Notes: generated by a model not told the origin, from the sequence alone. Counted from the stretch's first letter, positions 8,344 to 17,114 are shown. The stretch is 64,000 nucleotides of DNA from Candidatus Latescibacterota bacterium (GCA_965222075.1 OZ244937.1:416001-480000), one strand, 5' to 3'. Program-made: numbers and translations.

Positions 8344-9380
8344 CAGACGCCGGTGAAGGCTTTGGCTTTGTCCTCTGTTTTGGGCGGTCGTGTGGGGCGG
8401 GCGGCGCGCAGTTCGCCCCAGAGGGCGATGGCGATGCCCGCGAGGATGATGCCGCCGCCGATGAGCTGGGCGGGCATGGGTACCTCGCCCAGGATGAGGC
8501 CGGCGAAGAGCACGCCGGCGACCGGTGAGAAGGACGACGCGGTGGCAATGTCGGCGGGGCGCACCCGCTTGATGCCTGCAAACCACGCCAGTTGGCCACA
8601 GGCCACCACGATCCCACCGTAGAGGATCATCCAGCCCCAGAGCAGGGGGGAAAAAACGTCGGCGAAGTGTTCAAGTCCGAAGAAGAAGAGGCCGAGTCCG
8701 AAGAAGAAGAGCGCGCCCACCAGGTTGCGGAAGACACTGAAGACGCCCAGCGGGATGGTCTGGAGTTGCTTGCGGCCGATCTCGGCGCCGCAAACGAGGA
8801 GTACGGTAGCGGCCAGGGCGAGGAATTCACCGCTGCCCACCCCGCTTTGCATGCGCGCTGCCGCCATGCGCTCGGGCGACGCGCCCGTCTGCAGGATGAG
8901 GGTTGTGGCCACGCCGCCGACGGCGCACAACGCCCCCAGTACCGCGCTTCCACTCGACTTTTCCCGGTAGAGCATCCAGGCCAACAACAGGCCGAGGGGG
9001 ATTTCCACCGTCTCGATCAGGACGATATTGGTGATGGAGGTGCGGGAGATGGCCGTAAACATCATGGCCGGAGCTATCGCGCCGGAAGTCAGGGCCAGGG
9101 CTGTCTGTACCAGCCACTGCCGGCGCGACAGGGAGCGCAGGCCTGCCTGCCGCGCGGGGCTTGGCGCAGGCAGGCGCGCAGGGCGCCATTCCCGGTGATT
9201 GAGGGCCAACAGGGTCAGCGCCGCCACGAGGTTGCCAGCGAAAAGCAGGTTGCAAAAGGAGATGGGATTGCGGCCGTCTATCAGATGGGCCTCGCCGATT
9301 TCGACCAGGCGGGCTACCACCGGCGCGGCGGCGGCGAAGATCAATATGGCAATCCACAGATAGGTTCGTCCCCAGGTCAT
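8343..9380 (-). CDS. DMT/EamA family transporter
   Basis: About 10 hydrophobic helices in two EamA-like halves (LILGE, QLIGGGIILAG). Confidence 0.85.
   Translation of the reverse strand: MTWGRTYLWIAILIFAAAAPVVARLVEIGEAHLIDGRNPISFCNLLFAGNLVAALTLLALNHREWRPARLPAPSPARQAGLRSLSRRQWLVQTALALTSGAIAPAMMFTAISRTSITNIVLIETVEIPLGLLLAWMLYREKSSGSAVLGALCAVGGVATTLILQTGASPERMAAARMQSGVGSGEFLALAATVLLVCGAEIGRKQLQTIPLGVFSVFRNLVGALFFFGLGLFFFGLEHFADVFSPLLWGWMILYGGIVVACGQLAWFAGIKRVRPADIATASSFSPVAGVLFAGLILGEVPMPAQLIGGGIILAGIAIALWGELRAARPTRPPKTEDKAKAFTGV
9142..9174. mobile_element. 33-bp palindromic insertion element inside the DMT gene
   Basis: CCTGCCTGC-CGCGCGGGGCTTGGC-GCAGGCAGG. Removal restores WRPARLRSL. Confidence 0.85.
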
Positions 9381-9409
9381 CTCTTTCCCGATCTCGCAAA
9401 ATGCAGCAT

Positions 9410-10717
9410 CTATGGGATGTTGAGGGACCGCCGCACGGCGCCGTGTATCCGGTCTTCGGTGGCTGCCACGTAGGGCCCCGTGCGTTTCCAGTATTGCTGG
9501 CTGAACCAGACTTCGTAGCCGCCTTCGGGGATCTGACGTTTGACGGGGACATAGCCGACGATGTTGTTCGTATAGGCCATAACCAGAACGTTGTCAAAGT
9601 GAGGGCCCAGTTCCCTTTTCAGGCGCAGGCCGTGCTCCACGGTCATTTCCGCGGCGAGCGTGACCAGGGCCAGAGCGTTGCCGAAACGCGCGGTTTGAAC
9701 TTCGAATGGGATGGTCGTGGGGACGGGGATATTGCTTTCAACGCATTCGAGCAGGTGTTGCGCCCAGGCCCGGACAAACGCCCGGTCGTCATTCAGGCTG
9801 ATTTTTACCAGGTCCATGTCGATGGGTTCGGTTTCCAGGCCGAGGATGGTCTGGTTGACGGAAATCGGACCGGTTACCGGCTGGAGGGCATCGGAGGCGA
9901 CGATGCGGGCCACGGATTGGCCCAACCGGACGCCGATGTCACGGATTTCACCGATGTCCCGCGGTACGAAAACCTCCGACGCGGGGTCGACGGGTTCTGT
10001 TTTTTGATCTCCGGCGCAGCCCTGGAGGAAAAAGGCGGTGACACCGGGGTCGATTGCTTCCACGTGGTCATAGGCAAAACAGACGTAGTCGCCGCCGATG
10101 AGGGTGCCGCTGCGGCTGGTGGGATGACACGCATAGCTGAAGATGACGCTTCGAAGCCCGCCGTCGGGAGATTCAACGACAAGGACGGGCACGTCGTGGT
10201 CGTGAGGCGCTTCGACACAGGGTTTCCACTCGACGCAGCCTTTGCCGTCGGGCTTTCGGCGGGATACGGCGATATCACATTTTCCGGTCCCAAAACGAAG
10301 ACGCGCGGAACGCCGGGTTTCCCAGGCCGCACTTGCGCAACGGGTGACCCTGTCCATAAGTGCCTCGATGTACTTCTCGTCCAGTTCGCCGTGGCGGTGG
10401 CGGTCCATTTCCCGGATGCAGGGGCCGCAGTGGGTGTGCGATCCGCTGAGGATGATGGCGGCGGGTTCGATGCCTGTGGCGGCGGCAATGCGGGATCGCA
10501 CCTGGTCCGTGCGTTCATAGAAGCCGAGGATTTCAGCGCTGACGATGAGCAAAGGGGTTGTGCCGTCGTCTATGGCGATGGCGTTGGCTTTCAGGGGATG
10601 GTAGACGGCTGTGGAGGGTTCCTTGCGGGCGGCGAATCCAGCCAGATGGATGCCGACCGGCGGCGTGATGTCTGCGCCACCGACGCCGATGCGGTAGGTG
10701 TGGTTGGACAGCGACAT
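9410..10717 (-). CDS. Neutral/alkaline ceramidase-like N-terminal domain protein
   Basis: ADITPP, SHTHCGP, YACHPT, LQGCAGD, GYVP, EGGYE motifs. Confidence 0.8.
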   Translation of the reverse strand: MSLSNHTYRIGVGGADITPPVGIHLAGFAARKEPSTAVYHPLKANAIAIDDGTTPLLIVSAEILGFYERTDQVRSRIAAATGIEPAAIILSGSHTHCGPCIREMDRHRHGELDEKYIEALMDRVTRCASAAWETRRSARLRFGTGKCDIAVSRRKPDGKGCVEWKPCVEAPHDHDVPVLVVESPDGGLRSVIFSYACHPTSRSGTLIGGDYVCFAYDHVEAIDPGVTAFFLQGCAGDQKTEPVDPASEVFVPRDIGEIRDIGVRLGQSVARIVASDALQPVTGPISVNQTILGLETEPIDMDLVKISLNDDRAFVRAWAQHLLECVESNIPVPTTIPFEVQTARFGNALALVTLAAEMTVEHGLRLKRELGPHFDNVLVMAYTNNIVGYVPVKRQIPEGGYEVWFSQQYWKRTGPYVAATEDRIHGAVRRSLNIP

Positions 10718-10798
10718 ACAAAATGCTCCTTATCGGTAGATACCCGGGTCCAACTGTTCTTTTGCTCCTGGCCTTTTTGTCCGCAATACCCGTTGGAT

Positions 10799-12019
10799 TT
10801 ATTCCTTTTTTTGAAATACTGCGTTCCAATCAATACGCGCGGTGAATTGCATGGCGGCGAACAGGGTGATAATGCACAACAGGGTAATGGTCAAGCCCGT
10901 GTAGCCGGAAAAGAAAAAGGTGTATGAAAACAGCACGAGGTAAACGAATTGTCCCAGGCCAATTTCTACGAAAGCCAGGCGCGTGCCCAGGACCAGCCGC
11001 ATATACGAGGTCACGAGAAAAATGGAGACCGCCGAGGCAAGGACAAAGGCGTAGTGAATGATCAGATGGTCAACCAGATAGGCCAGCAACAGGTGGAAAC
11101 TGAAAAAGGCGGCACCGATGAAGAAATAGTGCATCGGGTGCAGATTGAGGCCGCGCACGATGGCAAAGATAAAGAGTAGAAAGAAAAAGAGAAAGAGGGA
11201 AATCGGAGCGGCGGAGACGACCTGGCTGACCCAGGGACCGGGATTGAGACGGGCCGGCAGGATCATCCCTATGTCAATACCGGTGAGCAGGTGGTCGTAA
11301 TGCCACGTCAGGGTCCAGGCATCGCCATTACGGGTTTTGGCGGTGGGGGACATGCTATCCTGGGGAAAGTCAATGGCGTCGAAGTCGGTACGCATCACCA
11401 GCTCGAAGTCCGATACCTGGTTGACATGGTGCCCAAAACTGTACCGCCATTGATCCATGCCCTGCGAGCGATAGGACAGGGCGATGGTTTGTTCCTGCCC
11501 GGGGTGCAGATGGATCGATTGGATGAGATGCCCGGCGCGAATCGGAAGATCGTCAACGGGCTGCTCGTCAACGGTTAGCGTGAACGCATCGTACACGGCG
11601 CGAGGTGCGGGCAGTTCCAAATCGAAGTCCACGGTCAGGCTCTGGTCGGTGGTATTGCTCAAGGTGTACGAGGCCGCGAATTGGACTTGATAGGTTGCGT
11701 ACCACAGCAAGCCCTTGCGCCGGTGCTCCAGGCACAGGTCAACTTCAATGCGACTGGCCTTCATCGTCAGAAAGCGTTTTTCTTCTACTGTGCGCAAGAT
11801 GGCTTCACCCATGGCATTGGTTTCGATATGGGTGACGCGATCCAACTGGTAGATTTGCGGTGCCTGCTGCGTCTGCGCCGTACCCCAGAGGTGCCCCACG
11901 GCACTTTTGAGCTTGTCGTCCTGTTTCTCAGTGCGGAAGTGGACGGTTTCACTCAAAATAACCCAGCCGACTGTTATGCAAAGGTAAATAAAGCCAATGG
12001 CGGCAATGCGTTGTACCAT
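10799..12019 (-). CDS. Inner membrane CreD-family protein
   Basis: N-terminal TM, periplasmic domain, C-terminal LHPMHY..IGAAFFSFHLLLAYL helices. Confidence 0.75.
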   Translation of the reverse strand: MVQRIAAIGFIYLCITVGWVILSETVHFRTEKQDDKLKSAVGHLWGTAQTQQAPQIYQLDRVTHIETNAMGEAILRTVEEKRFLTMKASRIEVDLCLEHRRKGLLWYATYQVQFAASYTLSNTTDQSLTVDFDLELPAPRAVYDAFTLTVDEQPVDDLPIRAGHLIQSIHLHPGQEQTIALSYRSQGMDQWRYSFGHHVNQVSDFELVMRTDFDAIDFPQDSMSPTAKTRNGDAWTLTWHYDHLLTGIDIGMILPARLNPGPWVSQVVSAAPISLFLFFFLLFIFAIVRGLNLHPMHYFFIGAAFFSFHLLLAYLVDHLIIHYAFVLASAVSIFLVTSYMRLVLGTRLAFVEIGLGQFVYLVLFSYTFFFSGYTGLTITLLCIITLFAAMQFTARIDWNAVFQKKE

Positions 12020-12060
12020 AGCAATTTATCCGTACTGTCAGAGCGGCATCCCTGCCGCGA

Positions 12061-13092
12061 TCACCTTGTCAGGTTGACCACAACCCTGCCTTTTTGTCCG
12101 CCCCGTAAGATGCGTTGTATTTCGGGTTCGAGGGTTTCCAGCGTGCGTTCCGTAACCAGGCGGTGCAACGCGTCGATTTTCCAGGGCCCCGCGATTTTTT
12201 GCCACAGGTATATTCGTTCGGGCATGGGACATTCGGCGGAGTCGATGCCATGGAGGCTGACGCCCCTCAGGATGAACGGATAGACGGTGGTGTTGAGATC
12301 GGCGGAAGCAACGAGGCCGCAGCATGTGACAATGCCGCGGTGCCGTGTGGACTTGAGGGCGGTTGCCAGGATGTTGCCCCCCGCGGTATCCACGACGCCT
12401 GCCCAGCGTTCCTTCAAGAGTGGCCGTCCACCTGCCTGCGCGGCGCACCGCGCTGCAGGCAGGTCGGCATCGTTGACGACATTTCGATCCACGACTGCGG
12501 TCGCGCCGAGGTCGTACAGGAACTGCGCCTCGTGGGTCTTGCCTGTGGCGGCGACAACCGTGTAACCCAGCTGGGCGAGGATAGCGACGGCGAGGCTGCC
12601 GACGCCGCCGGTGGCGCCGGTGACGAGGATCTCGCCGTGGTCGGGAGCAACGCCGTGGTGTTCCAGTTTGCGTACGGACATGGCGGCGGTGAATCCGGCG
12701 GTGCCGCAGGCCATGGACTCGCGTAAGGTGAGACCGTGGGGCAGCGGGACGATCCATCCGGCAGGCACGCGGATGTACTGGCCGAATCCGCCGGGTGTGT
12801 TCATGCCCAGGTCGTAGCCTGTGACGATGACCTCGTCGCCGGGTTGGAAGTTGTCATCCGCGCTTTCTTCCACAACGCCGGAGGCGTCGATGCCGGGCGT
12901 ATGCGGATAGCGCCTGGTGACGCCGCGGTGGCCTGTGGCGGAGAGGGCGTCTTTGTAGTTGAGGGAGGAGTAGTGGGTCCTGATCAGGACATCGCCCGGG
13001 GGCAGGTCATCGATGGATGGGTGCTCGACGCGTCGAACATAGGCGTCGTTCTCGTGGTGCACGACCAGAGCTTTGAAGCTTTGATGCGACAT
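12061..13092 (-). CDS. YhdH/YhfP (AcuI-like) NADPH quinone oxidoreductase, MDR family
   Basis: YSSLNYKDAL, PGIDASG, GTAGFTA, VTGATGGVGS, PFILRGVSLHGIDS. Confidence 0.9.
   Translation of the reverse strand: MSHQSFKALVVHHENDAYVRRVEHPSIDDLPPGDVLIRTHYSSLNYKDALSATGHRGVTRRYPHTPGIDASGVVEESADDNFQPGDEVIVTGYDLGMNTPGGFGQYIRVPAGWIVPLPHGLTLRESMACGTAGFTAAMSVRKLEHHGVAPDHGEILVTGATGGVGSLAVAILAQLGYTVVAATGKTHEAQFLYDLGATAVVDRNVVNDADLPAARCAAQAGGRPLLKERWAGVVDTAGGNILATALKSTRHRGIVTCCGLVASADLNTTVYPFILRGVSLHGIDSAECPMPERIYLWQKIAGPWKIDALHRLVTERTLETLEPEIQRILRGGQKGRVVVNLTR
12431..12463. mobile_element. 33-bp palindromic insertion element inside the YhdH gene
   Basis: CCTGCCTGC-GCGGCGCACCGCGCT-GCAGGCAGG. Removal restores NDADGRPLLKERW. 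Confidence 0.85.
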
Positions 13093-13123
13093 AGGCGGTT
13101 CCGTGTGTGACGCTGTGGCATTT

Positions 13124-14263
13124 TCAGGATAGGAATCGTGTGATTTGATAGGCGTCGATATCGGTTGTGAGGTCTTTGTTCAGCATGAGGTCGGCGATGA
13201 GTTTGCCGCTGTACGGGCCCAGCTGCAGGCCGGTGGGCCCATGCCCGGTTGCGAGGTAGACGTTCCGGATGTTGGGGACGGGTCCGAGTACGGGCAGGAA
13301 GTCTTCCGTGCAGGGGCGCAGGCCAACGCGAATTTCACGGATTTCAGCCGCGGCCAGGCCGGGCGCCACCCGGAGCGCTTCGGCGAGGACCTCCCGGACC
13401 CCGGCGGCCGTGGTGTGGGGTTCGAAACCGGATCCGGTTTCGCGCGTGGCGCCGACGACCACCCGATTGTCCGGCCAGGGCACCATGTAGTGGCCGCGAA
13501 GGGCGTTGATGATGCACCACGACGAAGTATCGGTGGTGGCGGGCAGGCCCAGGTGGATGATCTGACCGCGCTGGGGTTCTACAGGGATGTGAACGCTCAG
13601 CTGGTGGCCGAATGCGTGCGACCAGGCGCCGCCAGCGATCGCCACCTTGCCGGCTGAGATGGTCCGGCCGTCCGTGATGACACCGGTTACCGAGTCGTTT
13701 TCGGTGCGCAAGTGTTCAACGCTGGCGTGTTCGACGGCGAGTCCCCGGGCCTCGGCGGCACGGCGCAGGGCGGCTGTCAGGAGTCGGCCGTCAACGCGGG
13801 CGGCCTCACGGTAGTAGATGGCGCCCCGGACGTGGGCCAGGGCGGGGAAGCGGTTGCGGGCTTCTTCGGATGAGATTTCGTAGAGGTCTGCGGCAGCGGG
13901 CTCGCCGCGGTGACTCCGGCGGTTGAAAATGCGCCGGCGGGCAATGGCAAAGGGTTGCAGTTCGTCGTCCGAGACGGCGACGATCATCATGCCGCAGGTT
14001 GCAAAGCCGGTCTCGCCGTCCTGTTCGGCCCGCAGATTTTCGATCAGTCCGGGATAATATTTGACGGCAAGGGAGGCCAGACGCAGCCACGGGTCCGGGT
14101 CGCGGGTATTGGTGGCGGGAGACAGAATGCCCGCGCCCGCGTCGGTGGCGCGACCCGTGTCTTTCCGGTCGATGAGCAGGGTTCTGGCGCCGTCGCAGAC
14201 CAGGTGGTAGGCGGTGGACATGCCAACGATGCCGCCGCCGATGACAATGGCGTCATAAATCAT
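13124..14263 (-). CDS. FAD-dependent oxidoreductase (DAO/glycine oxidase-like)
   Basis: MIYDAIVIGGGIVG Rossmann start, VGLRP, ATGHG. Confidence 0.9.
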   Translation of the reverse strand: MIYDAIVIGGGIVGMSTAYHLVCDGARTLLIDRKDTGRATDAGAGILSPATNTRDPDPWLRLASLAVKYYPGLIENLRAEQDGETGFATCGMMIVAVSDDELQPFAIARRRIFNRRSHRGEPAAADLYEISSEEARNRFPALAHVRGAIYYREAARVDGRLLTAALRRAAEARGLAVEHASVEHLRTENDSVTGVITDGRTISAGKVAIAGGAWSHAFGHQLSVHIPVEPQRGQIIHLGLPATTDTSSWCIINALRGHYMVPWPDNRVVVGATRETGSGFEPHTTAAGVREVLAEALRVAPGLAAAEIREIRVGLRPCTEDFLPVLGPVPNIRNVYLATGHGPTGLQLGPYSGKLIADLMLNKDLTTDIDAYQITRFLS

Positions 14264-14268
14264 TTTCG

Positions 14269-14326
14269 TCCTGTTCATCCATGTGAATAAAACGGAAGAG
14301 GGGAGCCGGTGATAACCGGACAGCTG
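14269..14326 (+). repeat. Remnant of repeat A plus the first codons of hicB
   Basis: TCCTGTTCATCCATGTGAATAAAACGGAAGAGGGGAGCCGGTGATAACCGGACAGCTG aligns with 7868-7925. Confidence 0.7.
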
Positions 14327-14372
14327 CTTGGAAAATAGGCTTTGGGTCTCCGTCATCCCCAACCCCTCCACA

Positions 14373-14587
14373 CCCCATGCCTTCGGCGAGGCCTTTTTCT
14401 TGATCGCCCAAGAAAAAGGCCGAAAAAGAAGGGCGCCGCTCAAACGCCGCGGGGGCTGCTTTTCCGCGAACCGTCCCTGTGGTGGAAACGGGCGTTTGTG
14501 CCCTGCGAACCTTTGGGGTGTTGCTGGACGGTGTTGCTGGACGGAAACGCGCGGAAAAGCCCCATCCCCCCGCACCAGCCCGCAGGC
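14373..14587 (+). repeat. Repeat family B (about 215 bp), copy 1
   Basis: Inverted copy at 16742-16987. Contains hairpin GGCCTTTTTCTTG-ATCGCC-CAAGAAAAAGGCC. Confidence 0.85.
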
Positions 14588-14754
14588 GCGCCGGTAGGGG
14601 GGTCGCAGAGACAAGACGCGGCAACGATTTTCATCATTATGGGTGCCCCGAAGGGGGCATGACAACTGCTTTAAACATACGATACACCTCAGGTATTGGC
14701 AATAGAATTGTTGGAAATTTTCAGGGGACGGGTAACGGACGGACGGGGTGAAGA

Positions 14755-14866
14755 CCTCGCCGAAGGCATGGGGATGAAGGGGCGGTTCGCGAACCGCCCC
14801 TACGGGATGGTGGATGTGGACGGGGTTTGGATTGTCGTAGTAGGGGCAACCCTCGTGGTTGCCCTT
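14755..14866. repeat. End of repeat B plus two GTAG-type REP hairpins
   Basis: GGGGCGGTTCGCGAACCGCCCCTAC and GTAGGGGCAACCCTCGTGGTTGCCC. Confidence 0.75.
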
Positions 14867-14873
14867 TCCCTGC

Positions 14874-14992
14874 GGGCGAGACGCCCATGCTCCCGGGAGC
14901 ATGACGGCCTTGTCCGACCATACCCTACCCCAACATGCGGGCGAGATCTGTCTGCCTGCGACGCACAGGCAGGCGCCCGCGCTCCCAGGGGG
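14874..14992 (+). repeat. REP-doublet repeat C, copy 1 (carries a 27-bp insert)
   Basis: Direct repeat of 17170-17262 apart from the insert. Confidence 0.85.
14947..14973. mobile_element. 27-bp palindromic insertion related to the 33-bp element
   Basis: TCTGTCTGCCTGCGACGCACAGGCAGG, absent from the otherwise matching site at 17242/17243. Confidence 0.85.
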
Positions 14993-15098
14993 TCTCTTCT
15001 CACACAAACTGACAGTTTGTGCTACTGCCTGCCGAGCAGGTCCCGGTCTGCGTCATCGACGTCAGGCAGGTCCTGGATGATAAAATTGAAAGTAGAAC

Positions 15099-15127
15099 TT
15101 GCATATTTCTCTCTTTTCCGGTACATT
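15099..15127 (+). promoter_or_regulatory. Putative sigma70 promoter
   Basis: TTGCAT-N17-TACATT, 10 nt before ATG 15138. Confidence 0.5.
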
Positions 15128-15137
15128 TGGCGGTACC

Positions 15138-16319
15138 ATGATCAAACGTGAGATTACGCCCCGTCTGGTCACGCTGTTTCAACAATACCCCTTTGTCACG
15201 GTGACCGGACCACGCCAGTCCGGCAAGACCACGCTCTGCCGCGCTGCGTTTCCCCATCTCAAATACGTCAACCTGGAAGCGCCCGACCAGCGGGAATTTG
15301 CCGAATCGGATCCCCGGGGTTTTCTATCGCGGCTGGGCGATGGCGCCATCCTGGATGAGATCCAGCGCGTACCGGAGCTCCTGTCCTACCTGCAGGTCCT
15401 GGCCGATGAGAAAGGCCGGAACAGCCTTTTCGTACTCACCGGTAGTGAGCAGTTCAGGCTTTCCGGTTCCATCAGCCAGTCGTTGGCAGGACGTACGGCG
15501 CTGCTCCGCCTGCTGCCGTTCTCGCTGGCCGAACGGCGCAGAACGGGCGCGAGCGACCGGGTGGACGACATCCTGTACTCCGGTTTCTATCCCCGGATTC
15601 ACGATCAGAAACTCGAGCCGCGTCAAGCGCTCGGCGATTACTTTGAAACCTACGTTGAGCGCGATGTGCGCCGAATCGGGGAGATCCGCAACCTCTCCAG
15701 TTTCCATCGATTCGTCCGCTTGTGCGCCGGGCGCGTAGGACAGCTGGCCAATCTCTCCTCTTTGGGCGCGGACGCCGGCGTCTCTCACACCACGGCGCGA
15801 CACTGGATCGCGATCCTGGAAGCGAGCTATGTGCTTTTCCAGCTCCCGCCGTTCTATGCCAACATTCGCAAGCGCCTGGTCAAATCACCCAAGCTCTACT
15901 TCTATGATGTCGGGCTGGCGAGCTATCTCATCGGCATCGAGCATGCCGGGCAGATTGCTACCCATCCCTTGCGCGGAGCGCTGTTCGAGAATGCGGTCGT
16001 GGCGGAGGCGCTCAAGCACCGGTTCAATCGGGGGCATCGATCCAATCTGTCTTTCTTCCGCGACACGCGGGGTTTAGAGTGCGACCTCCTGTATGAGAAT
16101 GGCAGCCGCATCGGCGCCATCGAGATCAAGTCCGGTGCTACCATTGCTTCTGATTACTTCGATGCGCTCAACCGGGTCGCAAAGCTGCTGCCGCAAATCT
16201 CCGTCCAGGCTGTCGTGTATGGAGGCGTGGATCGGCAATCCCGACGAGACGGCGAGGTGGTGGCGTTGGCAGACCTGAGTGACGTGCTCGAGCGCTTCGA
16301 CACACAGGATCGAGCCTGA
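15138..16319 (+). CDS. AAA_14 ATPase with C-terminal DUF4143 (PD-(D/E)xK-like) domain
   Basis: GPRQSGKTT, ILDEIQR, LTGS, KSPKLYFYDVG, ECDLL...AIEIKSG. Confidence 0.9.
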   Translation: MIKREITPRLVTLFQQYPFVTVTGPRQSGKTTLCRAAFPHLKYVNLEAPDQREFAESDPRGFLSRLGDGAILDEIQRVPELLSYLQVLADEKGRNSLFVLTGSEQFRLSGSISQSLAGRTALLRLLPFSLAERRRTGASDRVDDILYSGFYPRIHDQKLEPRQALGDYFETYVERDVRRIGEIRNLSSFHRFVRLCAGRVGQLANLSSLGADAGVSHTTARHWIAILEASYVLFQLPPFYANIRKRLVKSPKLYFYDVGLASYLIGIEHAGQIATHPLRGALFENAVVAEALKHRFNRGHRSNLSFFRDTRGLECDLLYENGSRIGAIEIKSGATIASDYFDALNRVAKLLPQISVQAVVYGGVDRQSRRDGEVVALADLSDVLERFDTQDRA

Positions 16320-16339
16320 TGGATTTTCTCTGGCGATAG

Positions 16340-16401
16340 GTGGCGCTAAATCAGGCTAATTCAAATTTAAATATTGATATAGCCTATTTCCCTGCTATAC
16401 T
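16340..16401 (+). promoter_or_regulatory. 46-bp repeat with embedded putative promoter, copy 1
   Basis: 16340-16385 matches 18316-18361. TTGATA-N16-TATACT. Confidence 0.6.
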
Positions 16402-16415
16402 CCGGGATCTACCGC

Positions 16416-16466
16416 ATGGACAGGAAGAAAACTGAAGACTCTGAAATCCTGTTCATCCATGTGAAT
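16416..16466 (+). repeat. Repeat family A, shortened copy upstream of hicB copy 2
   Basis: ATGGACAGGAAG...CTGAAATCCTGTTCATCCATGTGAAT. Confidence 0.75.
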
Positions 16467-16494
16467 CAATCAAACCAGAAGACGAGAGCTGGTG

Positions 16495-16716
16495 ATGACC
16501 AGACAGTTGACAGCAATTATCGAACGCGAAGGCGATGGCTACGTCGCCCTCTGTCCTGAGCTGGACATTGCGAGTCAGGGATCAACCGTGGCTGAGGCTC
16601 GGGAAAATTTGAAGGAGGCATTGGAGTTGTTTTTCGAGACGGCTTCAGCCACCGAAATTCAGCAGCGGCTGCACGAGGAAGTGTACGTAACGCAGGTGGA
16701 GGTCGCAGTTGGCTAA
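16495..16716 (+). CDS. hicB: HicB-family antitoxin, copy 2
   Basis: Near-identical to copy 1, with an intact TAA stop. Confidence 0.85.
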   Translation: MTRQLTAIIEREGDGYVALCPELDIASQGSTVAEARENLKEALELFFETASATEIQQRLHEEVYVTQVEVAVG

Positions 16717-16750
16717 ACTCCGAGTATTATCGGGCCAGGAAGCCTGCGGG
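16709..16750 (+). pseudogene. hicA: HicA toxin N-terminal remnant interrupted by repeat B
   Basis: MAKLRVLSGQEAC overlaps the hicB stop, then runs into repeat B. Confidence 0.7.
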
Positions 16751-16987
16751 TTGGCGCCCCTGCCTTGCCGTCTCCCCCGGTTTGGTGTGAAGGGAAGGGG
16801 CTTTTCCGTGCGGTTCCGTCCAGCACCACCGCCCAGGAACGCCTGGAAGGTCCGCAGGGCAGAAGCTTCCGTTTTCACCCCAGGGACAATTCGCGGAAAA
16901 GCAGCCTCCGCGGCGTTTGAGCGGCGCCCTTCTTTTTCGGCCTTTTTCTTGGGCGATCAAGAAAAAGGCCTCGCCGAAGGCATGGGG
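16742..16987 (-). repeat. Repeat family B, copy 2 (inverted)
   Basis: Reverse complement of 14373-14587 with an extra internal segment. Confidence 0.85.
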
Positions 16988-17093
16988 ATGTAGGGGCGGG
17001 GAGGGTTGCGGGTCTGTGGGTTGTTGCGCGGGCAGCAGTCACCACAAGCACCCCCCACCGCATCAGCCGTCGCCTGTCGGCTCGGCTTCTGCG

Positions 17094-17114
17094 ACTCCCC
17101 CTCAAGGGGGGAGT
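17094..17114. repeat. REP-like hairpin
   Basis: ACTCCCCC-TCAA-GGGGGGAGT. Confidence 0.6.

Noticed and set aside
8592-10927. Long antisense ORFs (for example 8592..9473 and 9401..10927; likewise 36254..37387, 38344..39645 and 62157..63197)
   Set aside because: Shadow frames of well-supported genes, expected in high-GC DNA.
14264-15007. N-terminal 247 aa of the 627-aa ORF 13124..15007
   Set aside because: Read-through of stop-poor repeats. The Rossmann motif begins right after ATG 14263.
15025-15070. CTGCCTG...CAGGCAG as a fifth copy of the micro-element
   Set aside because: Arms are only 7 bp, the spacer is about twice as long, and there is no empty site to define ends. It may be a gene fragment.
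7797-16466. Repeat family A as a CRISPR array
   Set aside because: Copies are long, irregularly spaced and separated by genes. There are no uniform spacers and no cas genes.
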